A stretch of DNA of 64,000 bases from Octopus sinensis. Its lineage: Eukaryota. The translations under genes and the position numbers were made by a program. The notes beneath the pieces were generated by a model. That model was given only the letters and a program-made list of their open reading frames with translations, did no database searches and was not told the origin of the DNA. The DNA lies in assembly GCF_006345805.1 (NCBI RefSeq), contig NC_043001.1:86986001-87050000 (forward strand). Reading direction: 5' to 3'. This document shows positions 41,041 through 54,516 of this stretch, one piece after another (the first letter of the stretch is position 1; the number at the start of each line of letters is the position of its first letter).

Positions 41041-41553
41041 TATATTAATATATATATTAATTGAAGTGTCCAATATTATATATCCATTACAGCAGCTTTT
41101 ACAATCAATTCCACACTAGAGGTCACAAAGGAGCAAGACATATCAAAGCATATCAAAGTGAAGCACGCCACAAATTGACTAGACTTTATGTCACAAAACA
41201 GGCAGTTAATTAATCCATTATCAGAGCACAGAATGTTTTGACAAAGGAAAGTACACTGTCGTTATGTAATCTACAATTTCAATAGTATCCAGAAATGAAT
41301 GAAGCCTTAAGTGTAGCATAAAAACTTGTTGATGATCTGTTAATTAATCAACCTGTCATTGCTCACCTTTTTGGTTAACCTGATGACCTTAAAGTTGTGT
41401 AATATATTAGGTAATGTTATGGGTGTTGTGCTTGTACTAACTATACTATGCTTGTGTCACAGTAAAGAATCTTAAAACAATTGTAGCAATACCAGGTAAC
41501 AGATTACCAATGCAGTTGTTACAATTATTCTTATCATATATATCATAGGCACA

Positions 41554-42295
41554 GTGAAGGTGCGTGGCTTAGTGGTCAGGGCATTCAGCTCACGATTGTA
41601 AGGTTGTGAGTTCGATTCCCGGTGACGCGTTATGTCCTTGAGCAAAACAATTTATTTCATGTTGCTCCAGTCCATTCAGCTGGCAAAAATGAGTTGTACC
41701 TCTATTTCAAAGGGCCGGCCTTGTCACACTTTGTGTCATACTGAATATCCCTCAGAACTATGTTAAGGGTACGCGTGTCTGTGGATTACTCAGTCACTTG
41801 CACGTTAATTTCATGAGCAGGCTGTTCCATTGATCATATCAGCTGGGACCCTCGTCGTCGTAACCAACGGAGTGCTTCATCATAGGTGCAGGTGTGGCTG
41901 TGTGGTAAGAAGCTTACTACCTAACCACATGGTTCAAGGTTCAGTCCCACTGCATGACACCTTGGGCTAGTGTTTTCTGCCATAGACTCAGGTTGACCAA
42001 AGCCTTGTGAGTGAATGAGGAAGACAGAAATTGAAAATGTGTGTGTTTCTATGTGTGTGTACATGTGTGTGTGTGTGACTTTGTGTCTGTGTTTGTCCCC
42101 TACCTCTGCTTGATGACTGGTGTTTGGTATCGTTATGTCCCCATAAGTTGGCGATTCAGCAGAAGAGACTAGTAAAATAAGTACCAGGCTTGAAAAAAGA
42201 AATGTACTGGGATCGATTCATTTGACTGCAAATTCTTCAACATGGTGCTCCAGCATGGCTACAGTCTAATGACTGAAACAAGTAAAAAATAAAAG
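41554..42295 (+). mobile_element. SINE D (41554-41878) followed by SINE A (41884-42295)
   Basis: Family motifs; atcatagg repeated at the SINE D flanks. Confidence 0.8.
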
Positions 42296-42465
42296 GTACA
42301 AATTAAACACATTTTTTCTCTCTCTGTTTTTTCATTCTCTCTTGTCATCCTTCTGTGAGGTCCAACATCTGAACATTCTTTCTCGCCACTTCATCCCACA
42401 TCTTTCTGGGTCTACCCCTTCCACACATTCCTTCCACAATGATATATATATATATATGTATATAT

Positions 42466-42721
42466 GGCACGTAAAATGCACCAATCCGACCGTGGCCGTT
42501 GCCAGCCTCGCCTGGCACCTGTGCAGGTGGCACGTAAAAAGCACCCACTACACTCACGGAGTGGTTGGCGTTAGGAAGGGCATCCAGCTGTAGAAACATT
42601 GCCAGATAAGACTGGAGCCTGGGGCAGCCTTCTGGCTTCCCAGATCCCCGGTCGAACCGTCCAACTCATGCTAGCATGGAGAACGGACGTTAAACGATGA
42701 TGATGATGATGATGATGATGA
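42466..42721 (+). mobile_element. RTE-X 3' tail in (TA)n, next to an RT C-terminal fragment (42335-42440, -)
   Basis: Family tail; VEGMCGRGRPRKMWDEV on the minus strand. Confidence 0.85.
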
Positions 42722-42725
42722 TATA

Positions 42726-42756
<31 letters not shown>

Positions 42757-42774
42757 GTGTGTGTGTGTGTGTGT

Positions 42775-43090
42775 TCAGGTGGGGGGCTCCGATAGGTGTC
42801 TCAGGGTGTAGAGTTCCTGCCATCCTGAGCTAGCTTTCCACATTTCTTAAAAATTGTGGTAGAGGCCTTCATCTTGGGACCAGTCATGTCTAGAAACTGA
42901 AGTTGGGGGTAAGCAAAGGCATGCTCCCTGATGAAAATCCAGCTCCAAAAATGCTTCATGATAGCAAAGGAGAATAGGCACTGGCCAGCCAAAAGGTTGG
43001 GGTGGGCTGCACCAGCTTACCTCGGTTGCTATGGCATTGAGGTAGATCCAGCAACCACTGATAATGTGAACAAAACCCAGACTTAAAACA

Positions 43091-43135
<45 letters not shown>

Positions 43136-43148
43136 AATGATGATGATG

Positions 43149-43185
<37 letters not shown>

Positions 43186-43535
43186 ATACATATATATATA
43201 TGTGTGTGTGTGTGTGTGTTCAGGTGGGGGGCTCCGATAGGTGTCTCAGGGTGTAGAGTTCCTGCCATCCTGAGCTAGCTTTCCACATTTCTTAAAAATT
43301 GTGGTAGAGGCCTTCATCTTGGGACCAGTCATGTCTAGAAACTGAAGTTGGGGGTAAGCAAAGGCATGCTCCCTGATGAAAATCCAGCTCCAAAAATGCT
43401 TCATGATAGCAAAGGAGAATAGGCACTGGCCAGCCAAAAGGTTGGGGTGGGCTGCACCAGCTTACCTCGGTTGCTATGGCATTGAGGTAGATCCAGCAAC
43501 CACTGATAATGTGAACAAAACCCAGACTTAAAACA

Positions 43536-43580
<45 letters not shown>

Positions 43581-43620
43581 AATGATGATGATGATATATA
43601 TATATATATATATATATATA
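42775..43620. repeat. Tandem duplication, 445-bp period
   Basis: Unique parts 42775-43094 and 43220-43539 appear identical (identical ORFs 42801-42992 and 43246-43437). Confidence 0.95.
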
Positions 43621-43680
43621 TCTTTTAAATTCGCTCATGGTAACATTAAGGGTATGCAAATAAAGTTTAAAGCTTTCTAT

Positions 43681-43950
43681 GATTACAGTATAGTCCGTAG
43701 TATCCATGGGCATTCAGATGACCATCATCATTGATTCATTTCATCAGCTATATTTAATCATATAGCTAAATTATTGGAAAGAAGATATAACATCCATCTG
43801 TGATTCATCCACTAATGCAGTATCACCTGATGAAATGAATCAATGATGATGGTCAACTGGATGCCCATGGATACTATGGACTATACTGTAATCTCCCAAG
43901 GATACAGACTCTGATGTTAAAGTCATGTGATTTATAGAAACACGTGTAGC
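43681..43950. repeat. Fold-back palindrome (43681-43893) followed by a hammerhead-like remnant (43911-43950)
   Basis: gattacagtatagtcc..catcag / ctgatg..ggactatactgtaatc; then CTGATGT taaagtca tg tgatttata GAAA CACGTG TA. Confidence 0.7.
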
Positions 43951-43996
43951 AATGCATTAAATATTTATAAATTGCATCCTAGAATTATTGTTATTA

Positions 43997-44027
<31 letters not shown>

Positions 44028-44028
44028 C

Positions 44029-44059
<31 letters not shown>

Positions 44060-44076
44060 TATACATGTATATATAA

Positions 44077-44109
<33 letters not shown>

Positions 44110-44121
44110 TGCATATATATA

Positions 44122-45380
44122 CATGGGAGTTTGTACAAAATAATGGAAACACCTAACATCATAGCATCGTAATTTTGAAATATCTATAAAACCATCAAAA
44201 GCTTGTTTATTTTTCTGTTTTTTTATTTATTTATTATTAGTATTGCTTAATATGTTTTGCTAAAATTGCTGTTTCTTTTCAGATATCATCAAAAAATGGT
44301 AATTAAAATTCATCAGACTTTCAAAGAGGTCAAATTGTTGGCGCTTGTATGGCAGGCACTAGCTTAACAAAAAATGCCGAAATGTCTGGTGTATCAAGAA
44401 GTACTGACTCGAAAGTAATGACAGCCTTTGAGAAAGAGGGAAAAACCTCCTTGTCAAAACAAAACTCCAGAAGAGAATCAAAACTTTTAGATAGGGACCG
44501 TTGGACTCTTACACGAATTGTTAGAAAGGATCACAAAAGTACAGCTCCCAAAATTACTGCTGAGCTTAATAACCACCTCAAGAACCCAGTTTTCACAAAA
44601 ACTGTTTGCTGGGAGCTACACTAAGCCAGATTTTGCAGGAGGGCTGCAATCAGAAAACCACTACTTTCAAAAACAAACAGTGTAAAGCATTTAGAGTGGA
44701 GTAAAAACCTACAGAATTGGTCCCTAGAGCAGTGGAAGAATGTTATTTTCTTGGACGAGTTATCCTTTACCTTATTTTCGACCACCGGCTGAGTATACGT
44801 ATGGAGACATCCAAAAGAAGCATTTGACCCAGACTGCCTTCTTCCAACTGTTAAACATGGAGGAGGAATTGTGATGAGGGGCACTATATCTTGGAAATCT
44901 GCCAGCCCAATGGTTTCCCTTCATGGCGGAATTAATAGTCAAGACTATTTAAGCATTTTATCAGATCAAATTCATCCTATGGTTGCAGAACTGTTTCTGG
45001 AGGGAAATGCAATCTCTCAGGATGATAACGCACCAATTCACACAGCTCAAGTTGTTACTGAATGGCACGAGGAACATTCTAGTGAAGTTGAACATCTTCT
45101 CTGGCCACCACAGTCTCCAGATCTCAATTTTATTGAACATTTATGGTGCATTTTAGAAAAACAAGTAAGGAGTCGATATCCTCCACCACATCATTACAAG
45201 AACTGGAGACTGTTTTAACTGAAGAATGGACAAAAATTCCTTTGAAAACAATTCAAACTTTGTACAAGTCCATACCTCATAGAATTTAAGCTGTAATTAC
45301 TGCCAAAGGTGGTCCTACCCCATATTAAAATAAATTTATTTGAAATTTTAAGGTGTTTCCATTATTTTGTCCAACCCCTG
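44122..45380 (+). mobile_element. Full-length inactive Tc1-like transposon with DD36E spacing
   Basis: TIRs ..acaaaataatggaaacacct / aggtgtttccattattttgtccaacccctg; fragments DFQRGQIVGA, IFLDE, TVKHGGG, QDDNAPIH-x-SPDLNFIEHLW. Confidence 0.9.
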
Positions 45381-45439
45381 CATATAAATATATATATATG
45401 TATATATGCATATGTTTTATTTATTAATTTATTATATGA

Positions 45440-46145
45440 CGGAACGCACGCATCCATTTCTAAGTAGGATTGTTCTTGATATTAATAATGATGTGCACTC
45501 TTAACCTTTCTGTCCCCTCCCTTTCTGAACCTTCATTCTTCCTGGTTTCCTTTTCTTCTACCTTACTGTCTCTCCCTCTCTCTCATTCTTCATTCTTTCT
45601 GGTTTCCTCACAACCATTCCCTTTTTCTCTCTCCCTTTCTCTTGCTCTTCCTCCTCCCTCCCATCGTTGACCCGTGACGAGAGCTCTGCTACTGTCTTTC
45701 TGGCCAGACTTCCTTGAAGTGTGGACAGCATTTTCTGTTGCTCCTTCACCGTTCTCAAAAATAGAGTTCGTAATACTTTTTCTCGTTCGGCTTAACAGCC
45801 CTTCTTGTCTTGTTATTCTCTTTGTTCTGTCTTTTACTGTTTATATTTTTACTGTCGTTACTGTCCTGTTTTTGTTACCATTTTTACCCCTCTGCAAAAA
45901 GATCTCAAATTTTATTTAATTTGCTTTTCGCGGGAAGGGAAGTTTCTATCGAAGATGCATATCGCCTTCACCTTTGAAACGCAGAGTAGATGAAACCATG
46001 GTGACCGAAGAAGGGGAATTTTCCTTGTGTTATTTGTCCTGTACTCTATTTTTTCATTGTTTAAGAATAATGTCCAGTTCCTTGGTTTTGTGTTTATGTT
46101 TTCGTTTCTCATTGTGTTCGACATTTTTTTGGTGTCCTGTACCCA
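45440..46145 (+). mobile_element. (TA)n-embedded repeat, probably Penelope-like terminal region
   Basis: CpG-richer, T-rich tail abutting (TA)n; a related piece lies at ~58600-58745 (-). Confidence 0.45.
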
Positions 46146-46338
46146 TATATGCGTGTATATATACATGTAGAGGTAGGTACGTACATATATGTATGTATAT
46201 ATGCATATGTTTTATTTATTAATTTATCATATATATATATACATACACATATACACATATACATATATATATATATATTTACACATATACATGCATGTAT
46301 GTATATATACATATATATATATAAATATACACATATTC

Positions 46339-46371
<33 letters not shown>

Positions 46372-46781
46372 TATACATATATATATGTATGTATATGTGT
46401 ATGTATGTATATATACGTGTGTGTGTGTGTGTTCAATAAGTTTAAAAATTGAGAGATTCAATGGATGCAAATTAATTTATTAATTATTCAACATTGCCTA
46501 CAATTGTTTCACTTCACACCCAATTTAAATTACAAAACATATTCATATAATAATATAAGTTTGCATTTTGAGTACCCTGGGTGGAAGATCTTCGGGGCAA
46601 AATGGACATTACAGAGTTTACCTTTTGATCAGTTAAAATACTCCAACAGACTAAGCAGATGACAGCAAGTTTATTGTGTGTGTGTATGTGTGTGTGTGTG
46701 TGTGTGGTATGCACACACAAGCATAATATTTTTATCTTTATTTGAATACAATAGTAATAATAATAATAATAATGAATTAAA

Positions 46782-46839
<58 letters not shown>

Positions 46840-46840
46840 G

Positions 46841-47245
46841 AAGGAATACAAAAAAATGGGACAAGAACGCAAAACATCCAGACAACTAGATGATACAAAA
46901 AAAGGGACAGCAAAGCATCCAGACAGATGATAAAAGACCAAAAGAGGGACAAAATAAACACAGACGAAGTTTTTTTTTCCTCAGTTGAGTTCCAGATTAT
47001 CTTTGCAATTTTGGATGGTTATACTTGAGATTGCTGGCCAGATTAGAGCAATCTTGAGTATAACCAGCTGAAATTGCAAGGATAATCTGGAACTTGACTG
47101 AGGAAAGAAAACTTCAAATGACCTGTCCGTGTTTTTCTTGTCCATCTTTTGTATCATCTGTCTGGATGTTTTGCTGTCCCTTTTTTGTATCAATCTAGCT
47201 GTCTGGATGTTTTGCATTCTTGTCCCATTTTTTAAAATTCTTTTT
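46841..47245. repeat. Fold-back palindrome (~190-bp arms) in (TA)n
   Basis: aaaatgggacaagaacgcaaaacatccagaca / tgtctggatgttttgcattcttgtcccatttt; centre gagattgct..agcaatctt. Confidence 0.9.
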
Positions 47246-47288
47246 TATATATATATGATGGCGTAGTACACTTTGGTCTATTACATAC

Positions 47289-47321
<33 letters not shown>

Positions 47322-47394
47322 CACACACACACATACGTATATATATTCTTTCATTTAAATAGATATGTGTGTATGTGTGTATATGTATATATAT

Positions 47395-47523
47395 CCTGTT
47401 GTGTCTGGGGAGAGTTATTCTCTTTTAGTGTCTTATAATTTAACACACTCACTGGTAAAATTTCCACTTATTTCTTTTTTATTTTTCTAAAATTTTCATT
47501 GTGTTTTGCAATCTTTTCAATAT
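47395..47523 (-). mobile_element. Short (TA)n-embedded element with U3:A8 hammerhead-like motif (47487-47523)
   Basis: Minus strand TA TTGAAAA G ATTG caaaaca CAAT GAAA AT TT TA. Confidence 0.45.
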
Positions 47524-47567
<44 letters not shown>

Positions 47568-47765
47568 CAAAGGGAAAGTTTATGAAAATAAACAAAAGAC
47601 GAAGGCAGGTGGAGTACAAACAAATAAATGTATTAGTATAGCACTCAGGAATAGAAATAGAAAAAGTCTTTTACGTTTCAAGCCTACACTCTTCGACAGA
47701 AAGATACTCAGAAAAAAACAAGGAGAAAAAAATGCATGTAGGAGCTACTGATCTATCATGGCGTC
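47568..47765 (-). mobile_element. Penelope-like pLTR fragment with hammerhead-like motif (47667-47704)
   Basis: TCTTT CTGTCGA A GAG tgtagg CTT GAAA CG T A AAAGA; related copies at ~49070-49190 (+) and ~57760-57850 (+). Confidence 0.7.
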
Positions 47766-48074
47766 CATACATACACACACACATATATATATATTTATAT
47801 ATATATATATAATATATATATATATGTGTATGTTTTCCAAAGTGGAGGCGAACACCTTTCTCTATGTATATATATACACACCCACTCACCCATAAATCTA
47901 GGCATATTTTGATGATGGTAATGATGAAGATGAAGAGGAGAAGAAGGAGGAGGAGGAAGATGCTATGTAAGCACCAACATATTACATATACAATATAACA
48001 AAACTTACATTTCTGCACATGTAAATCCATTCAAAGCAACAATAACAACCACCACCACCACCACCACCACCACC

Positions 48075-48118
<44 letters not shown>

Positions 48119-48326
48119 ATAGGTCAATACTGTTCAATTAAAAGTGGAATTTCTCCAACATTATCTGAAGTTGGACAAGTTTACCAGATAAGAAAGAAAA
48201 CCACATTCCTGTGTGTGAACAGAAGATGGGGAGGGTGGCACCTGATTATATACTGTTTATGGATTCCTGAAGACATTCAATAGTGCTTCATGTGGGTAGG
48301 AAGTGTGTTTGTGTGTGTGTGTGTTT

Positions 48327-48368
<42 letters not shown>

Positions 48369-48715
48369 ATGCTAGATATTATAGAAATATTCACACACAC
48401 ACACACACACACACAAGCATGTATGTGTATATATATGTACACACAGATGTATGTGAGTATATGTGTATCAGTATGTGTATATATGTATATATGTGTGTGT
48501 GTGTATGTGTATAATTAATATATATACATATATATAGAAAGAGATACTCACACATACACACACATATATATGCTATGTATGTAATATCATCATCATCGTT
48601 TAACGTACGCTTTTCATGCTGGCATATGTATATATTATATTACACAAACAGACACGCCCACACACATATGTATATACACACACACAGACATATATATTAA
48701 ACATGTGTATGTATA

Positions 48716-48747
<32 letters not shown>

Positions 48748-48795
48748 CACTGTTATATGTATATATATGTGTCTGCGCGTTTGTGTGTGCATATT

Positions 48796-48828
<33 letters not shown>

Positions 48829-48869
48829 TATATATTATATATATATATATATATTTATATATATAAGTT

Positions 48870-48923
<54 letters not shown>

Positions 48924-48935
48924 AGTTTGTAATAT

Positions 48936-48982
<47 letters not shown>

Positions 48983-49519
48983 TATATATAATATATATAT
49001 ATATATATTTATATATATAGGTGTGTGTGTGTGTGGGTGTATATATATACATACATACATACATACATTTTCTCTCCCTGATTTTTTTCTCTCTCTTTCT
49101 GTCAAAGAGCATAGGCTCAAAATCTCAAAGACTTTTCCATTCTTCCTGAGCGTCAAACTAATACACCTGTTTGTTGTTCTCTCACCTGGTCCCTCACCTG
49201 TGGCTAAGTGGTTAGGGTGTTGCACTCATAATAGTAGAAGGCTGAGGTCTCAATTTATGGACTGGGCGACATGTTGTGTTCTTGGGCTGAACACTTCATT
49301 TCACATTGCTCCAGTCCACACATCTGGGAAAAATAAGTAATCCTGCTATTGACTAGTGTGCCATCTAGGAGGGTGGAATCTGGGAAACCCATTTTATAAG
49401 CCTATGGCTCTGGAATCTGGGAAACCCATTTTATAAGCCTATGGCTCAGGAAAGATTTTTTTGATATATGCTATATGATACATATACGTACATACATACA
49501 TACATACATACATATACAT

Positions 49520-50308
49520 GCGTAGACTGGAGAGAAATGAAGGCAGTATGCTCTTTGGATGTGCAACATCAGTGTGGATGTACAACAAAGTGCAAATGTA
49601 TTGAAAGAAAAGTTAGGCATAAGAGGAATCGAATGCAGCAAGCAAAAGCGAAGACTACGTTGGTTTGGGTATGTGATGCATATGAATGAAGACAGCTGCA
49701 CAAAGAAATGATCACCAAAAGTGGATGGTACCCGCAGAAGAGGGAGCCCCAGGAAAACATAGGATGAAGTGGTAAGGACTGATCTCAGGATGTTGGACCT
49801 CACAGACGAAATGACAATGGACTGAGATATCTGACAATATGAGGTTCTTGAGAAGACCCACCCACATCAGTGAAACTGAGTTTTAGAAGCATTGTGTGTT
49901 CCACCCATACGTAACAAGAAAACTTTTCACACACAGACCAAACTACATCTCTTCTCTTCCTCACATCACTTTCATGCACTACGTACCCAGGTTATCACTA
50001 CTCACTGCATTTCCCTCCCCCACTCTCTATTCTTGCTTCTTTGGTGATGTCCTGCCACTTATATAATTACATCCATACCTCAAGGTTATGCCCTGGCATT
50101 TGCTACCATCTATCTCTCTCTTCTTTTACTTGACCATTCCATTTATTTTCTGATCTCCATTCCTTGTGAGTATGCCTGGGCACTTTACCACCATCTCCTT
50201 CCTGTGTTCCCTTGCACTCTTGCTATCTCCCACTCTCTCTCTCCTTGTGCTCTTCCCTCAAGCTGGGTAACCATGTATCTCCTTTACAGCAGCACACATG
50301 TTTCTGTC

Positions 50309-50351
<43 letters not shown>

Positions 50352-50762
50352 GGTAACCTGTTTCTGTCTCTCTGCCTCACTATATCCTACATCTTTTCAT
50401 CATCTGAGACAAGATCACTCCTCCAATACCTACTCCCCTCTCAAAGGATCTTTGTCTTGCAAGTTACTTGGTAACCCTGCCAGTGCTGATGCCACATAAA
50501 ATGCATGCAGTCCACACCATAAAGTGGTTGGCATTCGGAAGGGCATCCAGCTGTAAAAACTTTGGCAAAACTGACTTTGCTTGTGCTTGTGCCATGTAAA
50601 AAGTACTCAGACCACTCTGCTGGGTGGTTGGTGTTATGAAGGGCATCCAGCCATAAAAACTGTGCCAAAACAGACACAGAAGTCTGGTGCAGGCTCCTGT
50701 CAAACTGTCCAACCCATGCCAGCATGGAAGGTGAATGTTGAACGATGATGATGATGATGATG
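49520..50762 (+). mobile_element. Old RTE-X LINE 3' part
   Basis: RRLRWFGYV..RRGSPRKT*DEVVRTDL remnant, 3'UTR and (GAT)n tail. Confidence 0.75.
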
Positions 50763-50785
50763 ATATATATATATATACTTAGATG

Positions 50786-50843
<58 letters not shown>

Positions 50844-50893
50844 TAGACAGACAGATAGATAGATAGATAGATATAAGTAGAGACTCTGGCACT

Positions 50894-51640
50894 CAGGCTG
50901 TTTGGGCTTAGCCTGAGTATAACTTTAGTAAAGTGAATGTGTATTTGCAAACTGATTTAATTTCTGCCAACACTGACTTCAAGTATGTAATTGCAGCCAA
51001 TAACTTGGGCTCCTTTTATTGAGCCTGGTTGCAGTTCATTTATTTTGGTTCACCATCTGGTGGTTGTCTTAGAGGTGGCCTGTGTCAAAAAATATTTGTA
51101 GCAGCACCTGACTCAGGCTCAGAAGTTACAGATCAAGTTGTTATCTATAATCATAAGAATTAAAGGTAATTCAAATTCAATGTTTTCTTGAAACAATAAA
51201 TTTCTATAGAGATTAGGATTTCAATTTCAATCTATGAAAAGTTTCCCTTCTACAATATTCTTAAAGGAATGAAAAATTATCCAGCGACTCGGGCTAATAC
51301 GAACGAGACTGGTAGGTATAAAAGACTAACTGGCATCTCTTGTCTAGAGTACAGGCAACAGTCAGATCACTGATGTTTGTTGAGCAGTTCACTGTCATTA
51401 TTGATTGCTGTTATTCTGAGCATCTGTGTGTAAAGATCAGTTGTGTTTTGCAGGGTTGCTTTATTTTTATTCTTAACTTAGAAATGGAGAAAGACAGTGT
51501 GCTAAATTTAAAAACTAAGCCATTTGGGGCTAGAAATATTGCAGAAAAACATGAAATACTTCGAGCAGGCATGTGTATTATGTGAAATCTGTGATGAGTG
51601 TAAGTGACGAAATTTGTGATGAGCCCAAGTGACACTGATG
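50894..51640 (+). mobile_element. Possible non-autonomous hAT derivative
   Basis: MEKDSVLNLKTKPFGARNIAEKHEILRAG resembles the N-terminus of ZMYM1-like hAT transposases; weak terminal similarity, no TSD. Confidence 0.3.
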
Positions 51641-52217
51641 ACCTAAAGTTGCTTCTGATATGTATATTTATTTCATCATCATCATTTAATTTCCATTCTG
51701 CTTGTTCTATTGCTTGTTTTGGAGTGTTTTCTGTGACTGGATGCCCTTCCTAACTCCAATCACTTTACAGAGTGTAGTGGTTACTTTTTTCATGGCACCA
51801 ACACAGAGGGGATTACCAAGAAGCTAGAAAAACAAGACAAAGTCCTCTTGACTAGGTGGAGTAGTATTGTGAGTGGTCGCTTTGTGTTAGTTAATGAGAG
51901 GTTAAAAGAATAATAGAAGGATAGCAATAAATGTCTTGCTCTAGAAGAGATACAAGTATTATCCCAGTTGGAGAAGGGAGGAGACTTAGAGAGAGTACAG
52001 AGAGTTGGAGAATTGATGATAAATATGTCAGGACATACACTCAAGGCAGAGTGGAGAATATAGCTGAAGTGATACTTAAGATGGGACTGAGTGGTGAGGA
52101 GGACAGATGGAAAAATTTCAAAAGAATGTGAGGAGATGGTTAAATGAAATAAATATGGCTGTAATAGTTGAAGCTGATGTAAAGGAATGGTTCAGGATAT
52201 ATACATGTATATATATA

Positions 52218-52533
52218 GTGCCAGTGGCACGTAAAAAGTACCATCCAAACATGGCTGATGCCAGCGCCACCTTGACTGGCGTCCGTGCCAGTGGCACGTA
52301 AAAATCACCAACTGATCGTGGCCATTGCCAGCCTCCTCTGGCCCCTGTGCCTGTAGCACATAAAAAGCACCCACTACACTCATGGAGTGGTGGGCATTAG
52401 CAAGGGCATCCAGCTGTAGAAACACTGCCAGATCAGACTGGAGCCTGGTGCAGCCTCCTGGCTTCCCAGACCCTGGTTGAACCGTCCAACCCATGCTAGC
52501 ATGGAAAACGGACATTAAACGATGATGATGATG
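52218..52533 (+). mobile_element. RTE-X 3'UTR copy in (TA)n
   Basis: Family motifs. Confidence 0.85.
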
Positions 52534-52707
52534 ATATATATATATTATATATATATTGTTGTATTTAGGAATGGTCATTTTGCCAGTTTAGCACAACAAA
52601 TATTTAAACGTATATATATATATATACACATGTGCGCGTGTACACACACACACACACACATAGTGGAATTAAAATAACACCAGTATTAATATTTAGTTCC
52701 TACATTT

Positions 52708-52922
52708 ATGGCGGCAAGCTGGCAGAACTGCTAGCACACCAAGTAAAATGCTTAGTGGCATTTCATCCTTCCTAATGTTCTGAGTTAAAATTCTGTCAAG
52801 GTCAACTTTGCCTCTCATCCTTCTGGGGTGGAGAAAATACATACCAATTGAGTACTGGGGTCAATGTAATTGACTTAACTCACCTCCAAAATTGCTGGCC
52901 TTGCACCAAAATTTGAAATCAA
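52708..52922 (+). mobile_element. SINE family C, decayed
   Basis: Homologous to 60474-60703. Confidence 0.75.
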
Positions 52923-53358
52923 TATTTAGCTCTTACATATATTATATATCATGTATGTTAGATATGAACTCTTGGACATTGAAGAAAGAGAGAGAACAAT
53001 GACTCAGACTACATATCTGTCACAAAGCATCAACTGTGTTACAAATCACACCAAAGAGATCCTCTCATCATCTTCAGCTAAATTAGTTATATATAACCAA
53101 TCTACTGGTATAGACTAACAGTACTGCTAACTCACAACTGATCACATAAGAATCACAGATAATTTTATAGTCACTTATCCATCAGCAGATAAACTTTTCC
53201 AAAAGTAAGCAGTAATGAAGTTGTTTGGTATACAACATATACATGATTTGAGAGCTGTGATAGAGACTGTTGTTTCTTTAAGGGTTAGACAGGTAGCAGT
53301 AAATGTCTTATATGATAATTTATATTTAAAATCTTAACTTGTTACTAAATATATGCAT

Positions 53359-53858
53359 AGGTGTAGGAGTGGCCGTGTGGTAAGTAGCTTGCTTACGAAC
53401 CACATGGTTCCGAGTTCAGTCCCACTGCGTGGCACCTTGGGCAAGTGTCTTCTACTATAGCCTCAGGCCGACCAAAGCCTTGTGAGTGGATTTGGTAGAC
53501 GAAAACTGAAAAAAGCCCGTCATATGTACGTATGGCCCCCGTGTTGGTGGCACGTAAAAGCACCATCCGTTCGTGTCCGTTGCCAGCCTCGCCTGGCCCC
53601 GTGCCAGTGACACGTAAAAGCACCATCCGTTCGTGGCCATTTGCCAGCTCTGTCTGGCACCTGTGCAGGTGGCACGTAAAAAGCACCCACTACACTCACG
53701 GAGTGGTTGGCGTTAGGAAGGGCATCCAGCCGTAGAAACACTGCCAGATCTGACTGGGCCTGATGAAGCCTTCCAGCTTCACAGACCCCAGTTGAACCGT
53801 CCAACCCATGCTAGCATGGAGAACGGACGCTAAATGATGATGATGATGATGATGATGA

Positions 53859-53910
<52 letters not shown>

Positions 53911-54125
53911 GTGTGTGTATATGTTTGTGTGTCTGTGTTTGTCACCCCAACATCGCTTGACAACCAATGCTGGTGTTTACGTCCCCGTGACTTAGTGGTT
54001 TTGGCAAAAGAGACCGATAGAATAAGTACTAGGCTTACAAAGAATAAGTCCTGGGATTAATTTGCTTGACTAAAGGCGCTACTCCAACAGGGCCACAGTC
54101 ACATGACTGAAACAAGTAAAAGAGT
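53359..54125 (+). mobile_element. SINE A with an RTE-X 3'UTR (53533-53861) nested in its internal microsatellite
   Basis: Head 53359-53522, tail 53925-54125. Confidence 0.85.
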
Positions 54126-54516
54126 ATGTGTGTTTGTACATACATACATACATAGTTATAATTCATGGGCAGCCTTCAGCTTTTACATTGAAAGGGTTTT
54201 TTCAACACCTTCTGTCTTCAAACCATATGTATTGATAACACATTTGATTCATTGATATAAGTGGTCTTTGAGACACTGGAGGATTTCAACCAGGATTGTG
54301 TCTCTTCAGTCAGAGCTACATCCAGGTCAACTAATTCTAAACAAGAGTGGAAGCTCCTTCTTATAGAATTCAGCAAACAAGATGTTTGATGCTGCATGCT
54401 GATACCTACCAAACTAAAAATAAATAACAATGCACATGTAACAGTAGGAATGAAAATAATGATGTACACATTTATTCTTAATATGTTCCAGCAGATTTGA
54501 ACATGAATATGCTAAT

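Noticed and set aside
45965-46020. Permuted (type II) hammerhead: GAAA..CCGAAGA-AGGGG, and similar at ~58630-58680 (-)
   Set aside because: No stem I can be formed in either copy.
49374-49448. Short direct duplication; also a 156-bp-period duplication at ~15870-16125
   Set aside because: Ordinary local slippage within decayed repeat or microsatellite sequence.
54150-54470. 83-aa ORF with an acceptor-like site
   Set aside because: No donor site; another frame looks like stop-riddled hAT transposase debris, too weak to call.
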